From Zancudomyces culisetae HAW-14-8 (lineage: Eukaryota > Fungi > Kickxellomycota), in contig JBNJNM010000012.1 in assembly GCA_052426225.1 (NCBI GenBank), positions 1,550,001-1,614,000 of the forward strand: 64,000 nucleotides of DNA. Direction: 5' to 3'. A program made the position numbers and the translations under genes. The notes beneath the pieces are model-generated. The model was not told the DNA's origin, searched no databases, and worked only from the letters and a program-made list of their open reading frames with translations. Of the stretch, positions 22,729-35,687 are shown piece by piece (the stretch's first letter is position 1; each line of letters opens with the position of its first letter).

Positions 22729-23844
22729 TTTTTCAGTTCGATTTTATTTAGAGGTATTATTAATTTATTCTTATGAAAAACGGGTAAATTTATATATACT
22801 TCGAAAGTATAAAAGGATATACGTATTATAGTACGAAAAAAAGAAACTGGCGCTAGGACTTTTTTTATATTTTAATTTTGGATACTGCTAACATTAATAA
22901 TCACGAACACAAATAGTGGTTCATTTGTATTGATGACAGTTGACATGTTCTTTCGGATAATCCAGAATACTTTTAGTATCTAGTAATGTTGGGTTATACA
23001 AAATAAATAAATTGCGATTTGTAAGCTAAAAGATAAATGCTTTAACCAGATGCTTAGGCCTGCTCAGAAAGACTATCTTTCTAAACTTACAGAGCAAATC
23101 CTTTTTCAGGAGAGGGGGGGGTGAGTCGCACATACCAAAGAAGCATCTACCTGTTATAAGCTCATGATATCTCTTGAGTCATTTTTTGTGTTGACCGAAT
23201 CCAACCAGTAAATGCAGAGTGATACTTCACTTCACCATCACATTTAAGCCAGTTTTAATTGTGCTGTAATGAGTTTGAGACTTTGAATGTGGTAATAGGT
23301 CCAATCGCTATGTTAGCGAGCAGAAAATTTTTTATATCCTTCCTCTTTAGTAAAAAAAAATTGTCATATTTTAGCAACTAATTATTAGATTGGAGTGAAA
23401 ATATTTTTCCAGAGTCAATCTTTATATAATCGTGTTTTCAACTTTGCCAATTAGAACATGGGCAAATACACGATTTTACAAGCAGTTTCTTGATTGCTGA
23501 TTTCATTCCGGCCTTACGAACAAACCAGTTAGCCGGAAAAGGTAGTAAAACCAAAAAAACCCAGATATTTCTAAACTGCTGCGAGTAGGCCATTTGTTGA
23601 TTTCTGGAATCCTAACAAGATATTAGATAAAACAGGGATGGGCTTGCATTTACCTCATAATTAAACAAAATTAGCCGTGAATGCTAGTAACCCATTGCTA
23701 TTACTCTCCTAACCGCACAAAATACCCAATTGCTACATACGAGTAACTACAGTTATGATTTGGCACTAGATATTACTTTTGTTTCATTTATTTGATAGGG
23801 ATACGGCACATCCCCAATATACTCCAGTCGTAAAGCTTCTTTAT

Positions 23845-26800
23845 TCAAAAGTGCGCCAATTTATCTAGGATGTATTTTGCCAAGAGATATCGTTGATTAG
23901 ATGCGGCATTCAAGCATCTATTTTCTTTCAAGACAAATCTGTTTAGCTTTTTAAGAAAATTCTTAGGGCACACCAAATCCCTGTTTAGTAAAAGCTCCAG
24001 TAAATCACTGCTTTTTATTTTATATGCAAACTTCAGGAGTAAACTGTCGTGCGCCTTGACATCAACGCCATATTTAACCAAAAGCTTAGCAACCTCGACG
24101 TTCGCATTGTTGTATGCTTCTTTAATTCCATAGTTTGTGTTTAACACCAGGTTTGGACACCTGCAAAGCAAATAGCTTAAGATTTGAAAATTATCGTTTC
24201 TACAAGCCTCAATCACACCACTACTCTCTCCTCGTACAATAAGTACATCATTTTCGCAAAGTATTCTCACCATTTCCAGATTGTTGTTTACACATGCCTC
24301 CAATATATAATTATAAGAGCAATTTGCAAGTTTAGCACCATTTTTTAAAAGCAGTTTGACCAAATCGACATTGTTCGCCCTTACAGCCGCAAATAACCCT
24401 CCATTCAAGCTATCAGGTTCAAGTGTACCTCCTTTTTCAAGCAAAAGCTTGACCAAACCATAGTTATTTTTATTGCAGGCTTCATAAATACACAGACCAA
24501 TATCAAAATGCATCTCCCCGCCTGATTTCAATAACAACTCCGTTATTTCTAAGCTGCCTGCTTCACATGCCTCCAACACACCATTTTCTCGCATCAATAC
24601 AGGATTAACGCCATTTTCAATTAATAATTTAACCAACTCTATATTACCCGTTGCACATGCCACCTGTAGCCCGTCAAAAAGTGGGTGTTTCACTTCGGCA
24701 TTATTCTTCAATAGATACCTCAACAGCTCTATATTGTTTGCCCTGCAAGCCTCTACAACGCCGTTATAAAATAAAGAACAGAAATCGGCTCCGTTTTCCA
24801 TCAATACTTTAACCATTTCAAGATTTCCTAACTCACAGGCGATTCTAATCCCATTGAACCTGGATTTATTTCTGAGAGATCCTCCATGCGCTACCCAGTG
24901 CCTTAAAACCTCTACATCATCTGACTTACATGCCTCCTCTAAGCCGTTGGATTCTCCTACCCCCAAGCGAGCCCCTTTTTCTATAAAATGGTTTATCCAT
25001 TTTATGTTTCCTGCTTTATACGCTGTCCTCAATACCAAAAAATCGTGGCTATTGATATCAGCCCCACATGCTACCAACAAATCTAAAATTTCAAAATTTT
25101 TATCTAAAAGCCTCGCTTTTATTTTCTCAAGATGTTTGTCATTTAATACCACTACGTTTCCTTGATTTATAGTTCTGGCTCGATCCATCTTCCTTTGCTC
25201 TACCATGTCAAAGTTTGTCTCTGTAGCTACTCTTTCATCTACAAACGTGTCTTTAAAACCATCAGAGTCGCCAGTACGTATGGGTTTACAACATACAGAG
25301 CTATCTGTGTCTATGCAAGTCCGTGATTTATGTTTAAGCGAATTTTTTGCGATTTCAATAAACTTTCTTGCACTCCTAGCTTCAATTTTGTCGCCAGTGT
25401 AGTTTTTCTCAAAATTTTTGCTCAGTAATCTTTTAATACCCTCAATGTCGCCCAGGTTGACCTCAAGTGTAATTTTGTCAGCCACATATGCATCGATCTC
25501 CAATCCATGAGCAATAAAAAATTTCAATATCTTATTAAAGCAAGGCTCCTGTTCATCTGACTTCCAAATATGGATATCCAAAGCGTTTTTCTCTAGCTTT
25601 TGAGCATCACTCAGCAACCACTTTAGTATTTCATCATTGCTCCCCCCTAATACTTCAGCAATTCCATTTTCTCCTCTGGTGTTTATTTTAACGCCATTCT
25701 TAAGTAAAAATCGTAACATTTCAATATTCTTCTTGGTACATACATTTTTGATTACACTTGAAGTGATAGGTTTAGTATCCAACCCATAATCAAAAAACAA
25801 TTTCACAACCATGACATTGCCGGAATCAACTGCGTCCAAAAAACTGGATACATCCACCATACCTGGATACCCATCAAATAACTTTTTAGCTGTCTGGTAA
25901 TCCCCGAGTTTACATGCCGTCTTCAGAACGCTACTGTCAGACTCATCTATTGATAAAAGCTGGTTTTTTAAAAGGTAGGTAATTATGTTTATATTTTTGG
26001 TTTTATACGCCATCCTGGTAAGGCCTCTAAAGTTTTCTGGGGTACGATCTACACTCCAAAACAGTTTTTTAGCATAATTTCCCTTTCTAAGGAATAGTGA
26101 CATTTCATACATCAGCTGTTTGTCTAGACTATCCGGTACTCTAGCGTTCAAAATATCAATCAAACCTTTTCGACAGTATCTAAGCGAATAATACATACAC
26201 GCACCCCCTACAATCTGCTTTAGAAGATTGCCACTTCTCCTTTGTATGGCAAATTGAAAATAATCTTGATATTCTAGCACCGAAAATTCCTCAAGATATG
26301 CGCAAAAGTCTTTTAGTTCATCAACGTCTGTCTCATAAGTAACACTTAAGCACAATATTCTCTGAAATAACTCCAGGTCATTTGTGCTGCATATAATTTT
26401 AGAAAATAAAATTAAACATTGGACTACAATTTTATTTCCTAGCAGGATATCCCCGTATCTGGATCCCTCTGCTGCTGTGAAGCTAATATTTTTATTTTCT
26501 TCACAGATATCCAGCAAATTTTTGAGAACAAATTTACATTGATTTTTGCATATTGCTTTGATTAGTAGATATCGTATTCTATTTGAGGTTATCAATGGTC
26601 TAACACAAATATCTTTCAAAAGAGCGGTTTCGCCCCAACCATCGTTTTCTTCAGGTTCATCGGTAAATAATCCGTTGTAATCTACTTTCACTTTCTCACC
26701 ACCACTGAGCAAAAAAGGAGTTTTATATATTACATCATCTGTATTTTTTTCAAACACGAGATACATTTCAAAAAACTGCTTCAACAAGCCCTCCCAGCGG

Positions 26801-27096
26801 TACTTGAGAGCTAGTGTTATCATTTTTTCGTATTTTATTTCCTTTGTTTTCCTCAACAATAGTAGTATTATGTCTTCATTCGTGCTCAGCTTTACATATC
26901 GATATAAGAGGCTATCCAGAACCGAATAATAACCTTGATTTTTGTTTCGAATATGCTGGAGTATAAATTCGCTTATTGTATATGGTTCTTGGCAAACGTT
27001 GTACACCCACCTATTTAAAAACACTACCTCGAGGTTTTGTGCCAGTACGAATATACTCGAAAGTATATGTGTAGGAATTCTATCGAAATCTGGCAT
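23845..27096 (-). CDS. Ankyrin-repeat protein with an N-terminal F-box-like motif
   Basis: 1083-aa intronless ORF. The N-terminus FDRIPTHILSSIF resembles the F-box LP.EIL..IF consensus. There are many ~30-aa repeats such as NGVVEACRANNIELLRYLLKNNA. Confidence 0.85.
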   Translation of the reverse strand: MPDFDRIPTHILSSIFVLAQNLEVVFLNRWVYNVCQEPYTISEFILQHIRNKNQGYYSVLDSLLYRYVKLSTNEDIILLLLRKTKEIKYEKMITLALKYRWEGLLKQFFEMYLVFEKNTDDVIYKTPFLLSGGEKVKVDYNGLFTDEPEENDGWGETALLKDICVRPLITSNRIRYLLIKAICKNQCKFVLKNLLDICEENKNISFTAAEGSRYGDILLGNKIVVQCLILFSKIICSTNDLELFQRILCLSVTYETDVDELKDFCAYLEEFSVLEYQDYFQFAIQRRSGNLLKQIVGGACMYYSLRYCRKGLIDILNARVPDSLDKQLMYEMSLFLRKGNYAKKLFWSVDRTPENFRGLTRMAYKTKNINIITYLLKNQLLSIDESDSSVLKTACKLGDYQTAKKLFDGYPGMVDVSSFLDAVDSGNVMVVKLFFDYGLDTKPITSSVIKNVCTKKNIEMLRFLLKNGVKINTRGENGIAEVLGGSNDEILKWLLSDAQKLEKNALDIHIWKSDEQEPCFNKILKFFIAHGLEIDAYVADKITLEVNLGDIEGIKRLLSKNFEKNYTGDKIEARSARKFIEIAKNSLKHKSRTCIDTDSSVCCKPIRTGDSDGFKDTFVDERVATETNFDMVEQRKMDRARTINQGNVVVLNDKHLEKIKARLLDKNFEILDLLVACGADINSHDFLVLRTAYKAGNIKWINHFIEKGARLGVGESNGLEEACKSDDVEVLRHWVAHGGSLRNKSRFNGIRIACELGNLEMVKVLMENGADFCSLFYNGVVEACRANNIELLRYLLKNNAEVKHPLFDGLQVACATGNIELVKLLIENGVNPVLMRENGVLEACEAGSLEITELLLKSGGEMHFDIGLCIYEACNKNNYGLVKLLLEKGGTLEPDSLNGGLFAAVRANNVDLVKLLLKNGAKLANCSYNYILEACVNNNLEMVRILCENDVLIVRGESSGVIEACRNDNFQILSYLLCRCPNLVLNTNYGIKEAYNNANVEVAKLLVKYGVDVKAHDSLLLKFAYKIKSSDLLELLLNRDLVCPKNFLKKLNRFVLKENRCLNAASNQRYLLAKYILDKLAHF

Positions 27097-27793
27097 TTTC
27101 TCAGCTTACCCTGCTTTTTTTTTACACATGAGCCGTTTCATCTCGGATTTAGGCATTTCAGTATATATTATAATAGTCAAATTTACTCTGAATTCGTAGC
27201 TAATGAAACAAAGCTTGACATTAGAAAAAACAATTTGACTACTTTTATGGATACAGTTTACATTTTTAACTGTGACAATTGCAGCGCATTGTAGAGTTGG
27301 TATTTTCAGCACCAGTAATTGGATATATTTCAGCTCCGAATAACCTGATTTGTGGATACATTCAAAGCCTAATCTTAAATGTGAGCTTTCCTTTTTTTTT
27401 GTGGTGTCTGTCAAATTTGAACACAGGGGGGGGGCCTGCGTGTTAGTTAGCTAAAACACATACACGACGTTTTTTTAGCACAGTTATCTACAGCTAGAAA
27501 CATGTTATATTATATCGCTTTGTTACTATTATCTGTGCTACCATTGTCTTTTTGAAAACTATCACTTAATTCGTCTCTATACCCCACCCATCTCCCAAAC
27601 CAAACTAAGCTTAACTAAACTTTGACCTTGGGATAAAACAACTCTTATTTACAAAATAACGTTAACAATCGACTGACTTGAGCATCATAATGGTGTTGAA
27701 AACTCTAACCACCTCTACCTGTTTATTTGGTACTACACCGACAACAAACCGTATACTAGAAAAGACATATCAGAATCAAAAAATAAGAATCGA

Positions 27794-28234
27794 TCATTCC
27801 ATTGGTAGTGCTCTGACATAAACTGACCCGTAGGCATAATTCATGGTAGCTTCGTAGGAACCCTTTTGATTCATAAGCTGAATTAGCGTATAGAATTGGC
27901 CTTTATACGAGCACTGAACACCAGTTGTAGGCAACTTATTTTCAATTACACTAAACAGCCACTTAGGATAGTTGGGCATATCTAGTATACTGTAATTAGC
28001 TTTTGTGGCATCCTTATCCTTGTATTCAGGGCTAAAATAATCCATTTCCCAACGTGTTGCAGCGATTCCCGGGATGGGTTGAAAGTTCTCTTTTGATGCT
28101 CCGATCCAGTATGTGTAGGTTATGTCCCTATAGAAATGATCATCTCCACAGCTTGTCCATTTACTTGAAGTGTGTGTACAATCATAAAATAGACCGCTTA
28201 TAACTGGTAAAGCCAAAAGATAAATGAACCTCAT
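27794..28234 (-). CDS. Small secreted protein, unrecognised family, member A
   Basis: 146 aa with a signal peptide. Shares WxSCGD, FxxIP, YxILD, WxFS, LMN..Y.AT and terminal RALP with members B and D. Confidence 0.8.
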   Translation of the reverse strand: MRFIYLLALPVISGLFYDCTHTSSKWTSCGDDHFYRDITYTYWIGASKENFQPIPGIAATRWEMDYFSPEYKDKDATKANYSILDMPNYPKWLFSVIENKLPTTGVQCSYKGQFYTLIQLMNQKGSYEATMNYAYGSVYVRALPME

Positions 28235-29657
28235 TTCTTTTTTTTTTCTTGTAGCTATTTTTCACTGAAGTTTTATTCTATGCATTTGTTGAGAACGTAT
28301 ATTTATATCTTTGTGTACCATTTATCAGTAGAAAAAGGATTAGCAGAAAGTCAAGCCAAAAAATCTGGTAAAGGTACATTATTTGCTGTATAAATTGATA
28401 TTACAGAAAACATTGTTTTTAATTTTCCAAGGTTCCTTCTAAAATTAAGCTGGTTATATTAAGCTAACTTTGCTATAAACTTGGAACTGGAAGAATTCAG
28501 CGTGTGGTATACATCTAGCTTTTTTATCCAAGAATTTGACTCTAATGAAGATATCTTTTATCAATATTTACGAATTTAATTATATTGCAAACAGAGATTA
28601 TATGAGCCAACCAAGCTAGCACAACCAAGTCTTTTTTGAATAACTGGTCTATATATTATTCCTTTCCAATCTTATCTGGTTTACTTGTATTAAAATTCAC
28701 AAAATAAGAAACCACATCCGACCAAAATTACACACATTTAATCACAGAACCATATCTGCGAGCCACCTTCTACTAATCTTTTATTCAATTAAGCATATGG
28801 TCAACTATCTAAAATCAAGAAAAACAAAACTTATCTCAACTATAACTAATACGACTATTGTGGTTCAGTTGTTTACCAAAAGTGATTGGAATCTTACCAG
28901 TTTATATTCATAAAACTGAAGTACTTGCATATTTATAAGCGCATAAAAATAAATTAACACATAGCAATGTTTAGGGTATAGAAAAAGAAGATAAAGTGGA
29001 ATATTGGTACAGAAACGCTGTTGAACAGAACCTGTTATACTCAACTGTAATATATCATTTTTTTGCAATTGAAGTTTATTGATAGTGGATAAATCAAGAA
29101 GTAACAAATATTTGTTTTCTGGTCCTTTTCTTTATTTGTAAACAACACAACCATAAAATATACATACAATCATATTAACATTATCTATAGATACATAGGC
29201 TCTTAGTTAATGAATTGTCAAACTGGCTTTTTTATTAAATCAGTACAAAAGCGAACCGAGTCGCCCTATTTAGTTCACCCAGGCAAAATCAAGCTAGAAG
29301 AGAAAACCCAACTTAGCTTTTTTTAATTTAAAAAAGGTACTAATCCTGCGTTCTAGCATCGATAAATGGGTTTTAGAACTAACCCCTCCCCCCCTCCTCC
29401 TCCCTCCTCCTCCTCTCTATTTAAAAGCGGGTAAACAATGTTTTCATAGCTAAACTCTTTTTAATGCTGTTGGTTTTTGCCGCTTAGCTCTCTACAGCAT
29501 TCAGAAATTCAATCAATTCTTCTTACAGTCACTGAGGAAACAAAAAATAACATCAAGTAAGCGCTGAATTTTATATTTTTTCAATTACTAACTCAAGACA
29601 GTATTTAAAAAATATCTTTACTGGTCAGTTAATGAAATATTGACACCATTTCCAAAT

Positions 29658-30110
29658 ATGATGTTTACTCACTTATTTGTAATTTTACTAGTGTATACCA
29701 GCACACCATTCGCATGGGAAAATACCACAGGGGGATGGACCTATTCTAAAACCATTTACTGCACCCAGGAACTGATGTGCAATTTATGGATGGGTAACAG
29801 AGAAAGGCGTTTTATATCGATCCCTAGAATTGCGGAAGATGTATGGACTGGCTTAATTGCAAAAGCCACCGCTGAAAATGGCACGCTTTATTCAAACTAT
29901 AAAATTTCAACAGTGCAAGATAGAGCCCACACTTGGCTATTTACCATAGCTAGCAAGAGGTACAAGCGAGAGTCAACATCGGTACAGTATAGTGCAGTTT
30001 TTGAAGAGTTGATAAATTTAATGAACTGTAAGCACGCTTATGAAAGCACGCTTTCATCAGACTATGTTTCCGTTGCTGTTAAGGCAATTCCTTTATATTT
30101 AACCGAATAA
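29658..30110 (+). CDS. Small secreted protein, unrecognised family, member B
   Basis: ATG at 29658/29661, a signal peptide, and FISIP, WLFT, LINLMN..HAY and VSVAVKAIPL motifs shared with members A and D. Confidence 0.8.
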   Translation: MMFTHLFVILLVYTSTPFAWENTTGGWTYSKTIYCTQELMCNLWMGNRERRFISIPRIAEDVWTGLIAKATAENGTLYSNYKISTVQDRAHTWLFTIASKRYKRESTSVQYSAVFEELINLMNCKHAYESTLSSDYVSVAVKAIPLYLTE

Positions 30111-30315
30111 ATTGTGCCTTTAGTGTTGCCCATCTACATTTCGCCAGCTGTGAACGACAGAAAAAATAGTTTATTTCTCTCCATATGTGTTTATACCAGT
30201 ACCCATTTAGTATGTTGATTTAATTTTTGTATGTAAAATTTGAATTAATAAAAGCCCAGGGAGGGAGGGAGGATGGGTTAAAATAGGAAGATTCAAATAA
30301 AAGTAATAGATAGAG

Positions 30316-30789
30316 CTAGTATGTTACTGAAATAGCACATAAAGCAACAGAAACATGATAGCTGTTCATAGTGTTAATAAACGAACTAATCTCATTCATA
30401 TTAAAAAGTAATCTGGAATTGGTTCCCATATTGGAAGTTGTGAATTTACAACTGATCTTAAAAGTACTACAATGCATATCCATTCATTGTTATTCTATTC
30501 AAACTTTCTGATCAAATAGTCGCTAATAAAGTGCTGCGGTGGGTGTATGTCTATATTTCTGTACGTATGGATTCCTGCGTCAATTGTCTCGTTTGGGATA
30601 GCTTTAAACTTGGTACTTTTTTCATCAACAAATCGTGAATTTGATATCTTGCCATATCTTACAATATATTATTGTATCGCCGCAGTCTTTCCACGCCCCC
30701 AGGCCTTCACTTAAATATTCGCCATTTATATTTAGTAAAGATAGGAGAAACAAAAGTGACCATATAACACTGTTTGTTTTTGGATGCAT
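30316..30789 (-). pseudogene. Small secreted protein family member C (pseudogene)
   Basis: Manual translation across frameshifts and stops: MHPKTNSVIWSLLFLLSLLNINGEYLSEGLGAWKDCGD... / KFKAIPNE...FE*NNNEWI... / LLFNMNEISSFINTMNSYHVSVALCAISVTY*. Confidence 0.75.
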
Positions 30790-31304
30790 GTCATTTTCAA
30801 AGGTCTTTTGAACAATTATAATAAATACTCAATAATGCTTGAATATAACATGCTTTTTATAAAGCAATGGAAACATATTTTACATCAAAACCACCGGACT
30901 CAGTTCATACAGCAAATTCATCTCGATCCTATCTGTTTTACAAAATCTGCTTTAACCCGTGATAAGCGTTCCTAAACTCGAACAAAAAAAGTTGCTTTAA
31001 GATTGTATCTATAATCAAAAATAAAAAAACAGGTATCATACAAATAGCTTGATGATACTTCGAGGTTCAATTCAGCGTTCTAAGCAATGACCTTTTGATT
31101 TGTTTTTTTTTCGACAGGTCAGTAATCTGATCCTTCATTAAGTCAACCGTTTTGCAGTCAAAATCGGGTAATATAATCAATTCTCTAAAAAAAATAAGCT
31201 GTAAAATAAAACAGGTAGATTCAAGTGTGAGGTTTCGATGAATTTTAGATAAGGAATATGTCAAATCCTTTTTTATTGATCTATCGAACTATACATATTA
31301 ATTA

Positions 31305-31757
31305 CTACACAAGTGGAATAGCCTTCAGTGCAATGGAGCCAAATTTGTTCCTAAGCGTTGCTTGATATGCATGATTTGCGTTCATAAGGCCCAAAACTTT
31401 GGTAAACTCGGTATGGTAAAGCAGTGAAAATTCGTAGTACTCTGGTGTTGAAACGACAATGGAAAATGTCCACTTCTTTCTGTATTCCCATCTGTCAAGT
31501 ATGGTATAATATGCCTTGAATGGGTGTTCATCTTCTATATCCAGTTTGCTAGAATAATGACTCCACATATTCACAGCATCGTTTGGAATCCTAACAAAGT
31601 CTCTGGCCTTTCTAGAAACATATACAGTGTTAATGATTTCTGGCATGAATTTTACGTCTCCACAGCTAGCCCACCCATTTTTGTTGTCTTGACAGGTATA
31701 TCCTGGACTACAAAGCTTTGCCAACACCGCCACAATAACCAAGTGCCTTATTTTCAT
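31305..31757 (-). CDS. Small secreted protein, unrecognised family, member D
   Basis: 150 aa with a signal peptide, and WASCGD, FVRIPND, YYTILD, WTFS, LMNANHAYQATL and KAIPL motifs. Confidence 0.8.
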   Translation of the reverse strand: MKIRHLVIVAVLAKLCSPGYTCQDNKNGWASCGDVKFMPEIINTVYVSRKARDFVRIPNDAVNMWSHYSSKLDIEDEHPFKAYYTILDRWEYRKKWTFSIVVSTPEYYEFSLLYHTEFTKVLGLMNANHAYQATLRNKFGSIALKAIPLV

Positions 31758-32746
31758 ACTTTTGTTCCACAGCTATAACACTAATCACTGAATTGACATG
31801 TATTTTGTTTACATTAAATGTAGGTTATATTCTACAATGAAAAAATAGAAAAAAAGGAAATAAAAAAAATGCAGAGATTCTATATCAGCAAAATATTATT
31901 TAAATTCAGATATAGTACAAGTACCACTATGGTCAAAAGTGTGACCAGGTATAAAACAAAATGCCAATCTATCCTGTTTGATGTACATCTTACTGCACAT
32001 ATTTCCGAAGTGATGTGTATATTTAATTTTATTTTCTATTTATATGGTAGAATAACACGGATTAATGGATTTCAAGGGTTGAAATGGACAATTGCCGAAA
32101 GCATTGTACTTTAGATTAACCGGTTAAATGTTCACTTTTTAATTTCTTTTTTTTTCTGTTTGCTATGATGCGGGTCTAAGTTTCTAAAAAAAATATTTTA
32201 AATGGCAATGTAGAAAAGAGAAAAAGACATTCCCGATGAGACCTGCGGTCAATAGTGATGTATACAGACGTTACTCCTCTACTAGGTATTTTAAATCTTT
32301 AATACCACTTTATTTCAAGCTATAGGAACAATGCGGTTATAATAGCTCTTGTGAGCATCGCATTGGATGTCTGAAATACTAATAGTAGCAACAAACGCTA
32401 CGTTTTTAATAAATAAAATAGCTGCTACAATATTATCAACTACACGATAGTTGTGATAGCATAATCTTGTGCATTTTAAACATTAAACCTTAACAGATAA
32501 TGCACACATATTGTAAGCGTATAATATATTATATAAACCGCACGCTTCCCATGCGTTAGCATGTGCACCACCAAATGAATAAAATGTAGAATAAGCTTGC
32601 TAACTAAAGAACAAAATCTTTTCATGTGTAATTCCAGTAAAATTTCTGAAAACCAAAGGTTTGCCAAGTACAACCTTGTACTCAACATTTGATAAACTTA
32701 CATATATAGTATAAAGAATAGCATAAAATTGTGTAAATGTTGAAAG

Positions 32747-33188
32747 CTAGATCAGTGGTACTGCTTTTACTGCAGTAAACATGTCTACAGCGTTTGTTGT
32801 TCATTTGTATGCTCCGTGTGTATTCATATGATCCAACAACTCGATGAAACGCTTTGTATCTATTTTTTAGTTATTGTTTTTAATTATTTTGAAAATAATA
32901 CCTGTATAAAATCTTTATTTTTAGGATCTATTGTTGTTATTGCGTAGTAGGAGCTTATTGATGTAGCATTTCTTTTGCTGTGTGTATTGTGGTCGTATTT
33001 CCTTCTATCAACTATGCTGCGTGATATTGACCAAAACGCAAAGCTAGGTTTTTCAATATAAAGGGAAACATCATAATTTTGAAAAAAACACCCTTTCCAC
33101 AACACCTCCACGGAAGTCCACTCCCACCGTGGAGGTTTTGTAAGTGAAGGTAAGAAGTTAAAAAAATTGTAGTAATAATTAAGCTCAT
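32747..33188 (-). pseudogene. Small secreted protein family member E (pseudogene)
   Basis: MSLIITTIFL / ...WEWTSV...LYIEKPSFAFWSISRSIVD...SSYYAITTID / ...*KIDTKRFIELLDHMNTHGAYK*TTNAVDMFTAVKAVPLI*. The C-terminus matches member B (FEELINLMNCKHAY...AVKAIPL). Confidence 0.75.
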
Positions 33189-35687
33189 CTCTTTAGATGT
33201 TTATGTTGATTTTGCAAACCTAGATTGACTCAACCAACAGAATCCGAGTTGTGCTTTTAAAACAGCAAAATCTTACACAACGCAATTCTATCTGTATTGT
33301 CTACAACTCTCTTAATGAAAAAATTAAAAAAATAAAACATAAGCAGCTGGCCTTCATGAATTTATAGCTAAAAGATACTGTTAGTTTATACAATTTATGT
33401 ACTCAATAAAAACATGTAAATTCATATTTTTGTTGTTTTGTGGTGCTATTGTAACTAGCTCAGTTTGATTTGCGCATGTTACCAGAGCTACTCTGATTTC
33501 TGAATTTTTAGCACCAAATGTGCACAAATGCCAGGTTATGCGTAACCAGATGGTCAACACGCTATGCTGGTAGCCGGCTTTCGACCATTTTGCTGGTATA
33601 ATCACTTACACAAAGATTAAAGCCTTCAGCTAAAAAAAGATGATCAGATTGTGTTTTTTCTTCATAATGAAAGAACATGTTTATCGTATTTTATCATGTG
33701 ATTTATTCTGTTTTTCATAATCCTGTAATAAAATGCTTTTCCGAGTATCCAAGAGTCTGGGTGTTTAAGTATCTTTGGTTGCGAAGCTAGCACCATCGGT
33801 AGTGGTATATTACATTCTAAATGTAAAAACACGATGACTTTTAGGTAGGTAGTTTTGTTAAAACTTTAAACCCGGAAATGAAAATTGTATTTGTGCTTGT
33901 ATGAAACTGGGCATGAATTCGATAACTGACTAGATGGAATATTCCATTAAACCTAATACTGTATCGATTATTTGTGTTTTTCGAGTTAAAAAAATAGAAG
34001 CATATATCACCATTCAGCGGTGATGTATTCCTTTTCTTTTAAATTTGAATTTTATATTAATCAACATTGCAAGTCATTTTTGGTCGCTTGACTATAATGT
34101 TTAGAATAGTAGTTTTCTTAGCGCATAATACAAGTCGCCATTTAAACTAAGAAAAAAGCGCATTGAAAACGTGAGAACATACTCGTAAAACCGGTATAAA
34201 CTCCATCATATAAAAATGCCTTGCTTTAAATGTATTTGCCTTTAAATGCATTTGCGAGAGTCACGTGTTAATCAAGTGAAATTACACCCAAAAGCCTTGC
34301 TTTGCAACTGCCACTATTACGGGTATAAATAGTTTTAGCATCATTAATAGTTCATCATTGGAAACCCAACCTTTCAAGAAAAAAATTGATGAAACGTGCT
34401 TGTTGCACACTCTGTAAGTCCCTGCCTACTGTTACTAAATCAACTGGTTATTCAGCTTCAAACTTTTTCTAAATTTACTTCACCTCCTACCTTGGTTATT
34501 TGGAAAATGTAAAAAAAGAAAAAACTTTTTTCCAAACTCCTTTCAGGCTATAAAAAATAAAAGCGGAATCTAGATGCTAAAAGATGGCTGACCATATCCC
34601 TACTACCCATCTCTAAACCATGTTTGTTTCTTAATAGAAGAAATGAGATACAACCAAATCGTCATGCGAACATGTACCTATTTTTTACCAATAACCTACC
34701 ACTGTGCTATTTGATAGCATAGATCAATGTGTAAAAATATATTTGGGACAACAAAAATATCATGACTCCGAGCTGGTTATTCATTAAACATCATAAAATG
34801 AAAAGATGTTAATTTGTTTCGATAACTACATTTATCACAGACATTCAAGTGCTCGTAAACTCTGCTGTGTGCCCCAAGACTTCTACCACTGGGTTATCAA
34901 TATTTTGCATGCCTTTTAGTGAAAAGACGGAATTTAGGCTGTAATAGTTAGGATTCTCTAATATTGTAACTTCTATTTGAGTATATTCTTAATTTCACAG
35001 AGTTTTTAAATAAAACTAAATATATTTACCCCAACTGTTTGTTTCCTAATCAAATAAATGGGAAATTTGGATGATTTCACGTTTTTGGGCTATAAGGATG
35101 TATCTCATATTACTCAAATAGGGGTCCTGTGCAGACACAGTAGAAAGATAGAGTCGGCTAGTTTTCTTAGAGTCCTATACTATTAGCGTTTCATTTTTTT
35201 TTATGAGAAACCTTTTTCAACCTTTTAGTTAACAAAACTGTAGATAATAAGGAAATTAATATATTTGACCTTGGGATTGAACAAACATTCTTACCATACA
35301 ACTATTAACAATTACATAAATAACAATTAACCACTAGAAGGGAACAAGTAAATGGGTAATAATCAAACCCAAAATCAAGCTGAAATGTTGGGAAGGTCTA
35401 ACATTCTGGTAATTATAACAACAATAGTATGAAAAATTGGTTAGAAAAAAAATATGGGTTCAGATAAGGGGAATCTGTTGATATAAAAGAGTGGGAGGAA
35501 TCAAGGGAATGGAATCAAGTAGGTTAGCGAACAGTCTAGTATTTAGCTATTTTTTAAGCTTACTATTCAGTCGATACACTAATTTTGTTTAGCAAACAAG
35601 ATCCTTATTAAATATCTTTGAAACCAAAGGTACGTCTTGTCATTTGCATCAAAGCCTTTTTAACAAAACAAAAAATAAAAAACTAAA

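Noticed and set aside
28960-29040. Sel1-like peptide GIEKEDKVEYWYRNAVEQN on the + strand
   Set aside because: A single short match surrounded by stops, which is too little to call a pseudogene.
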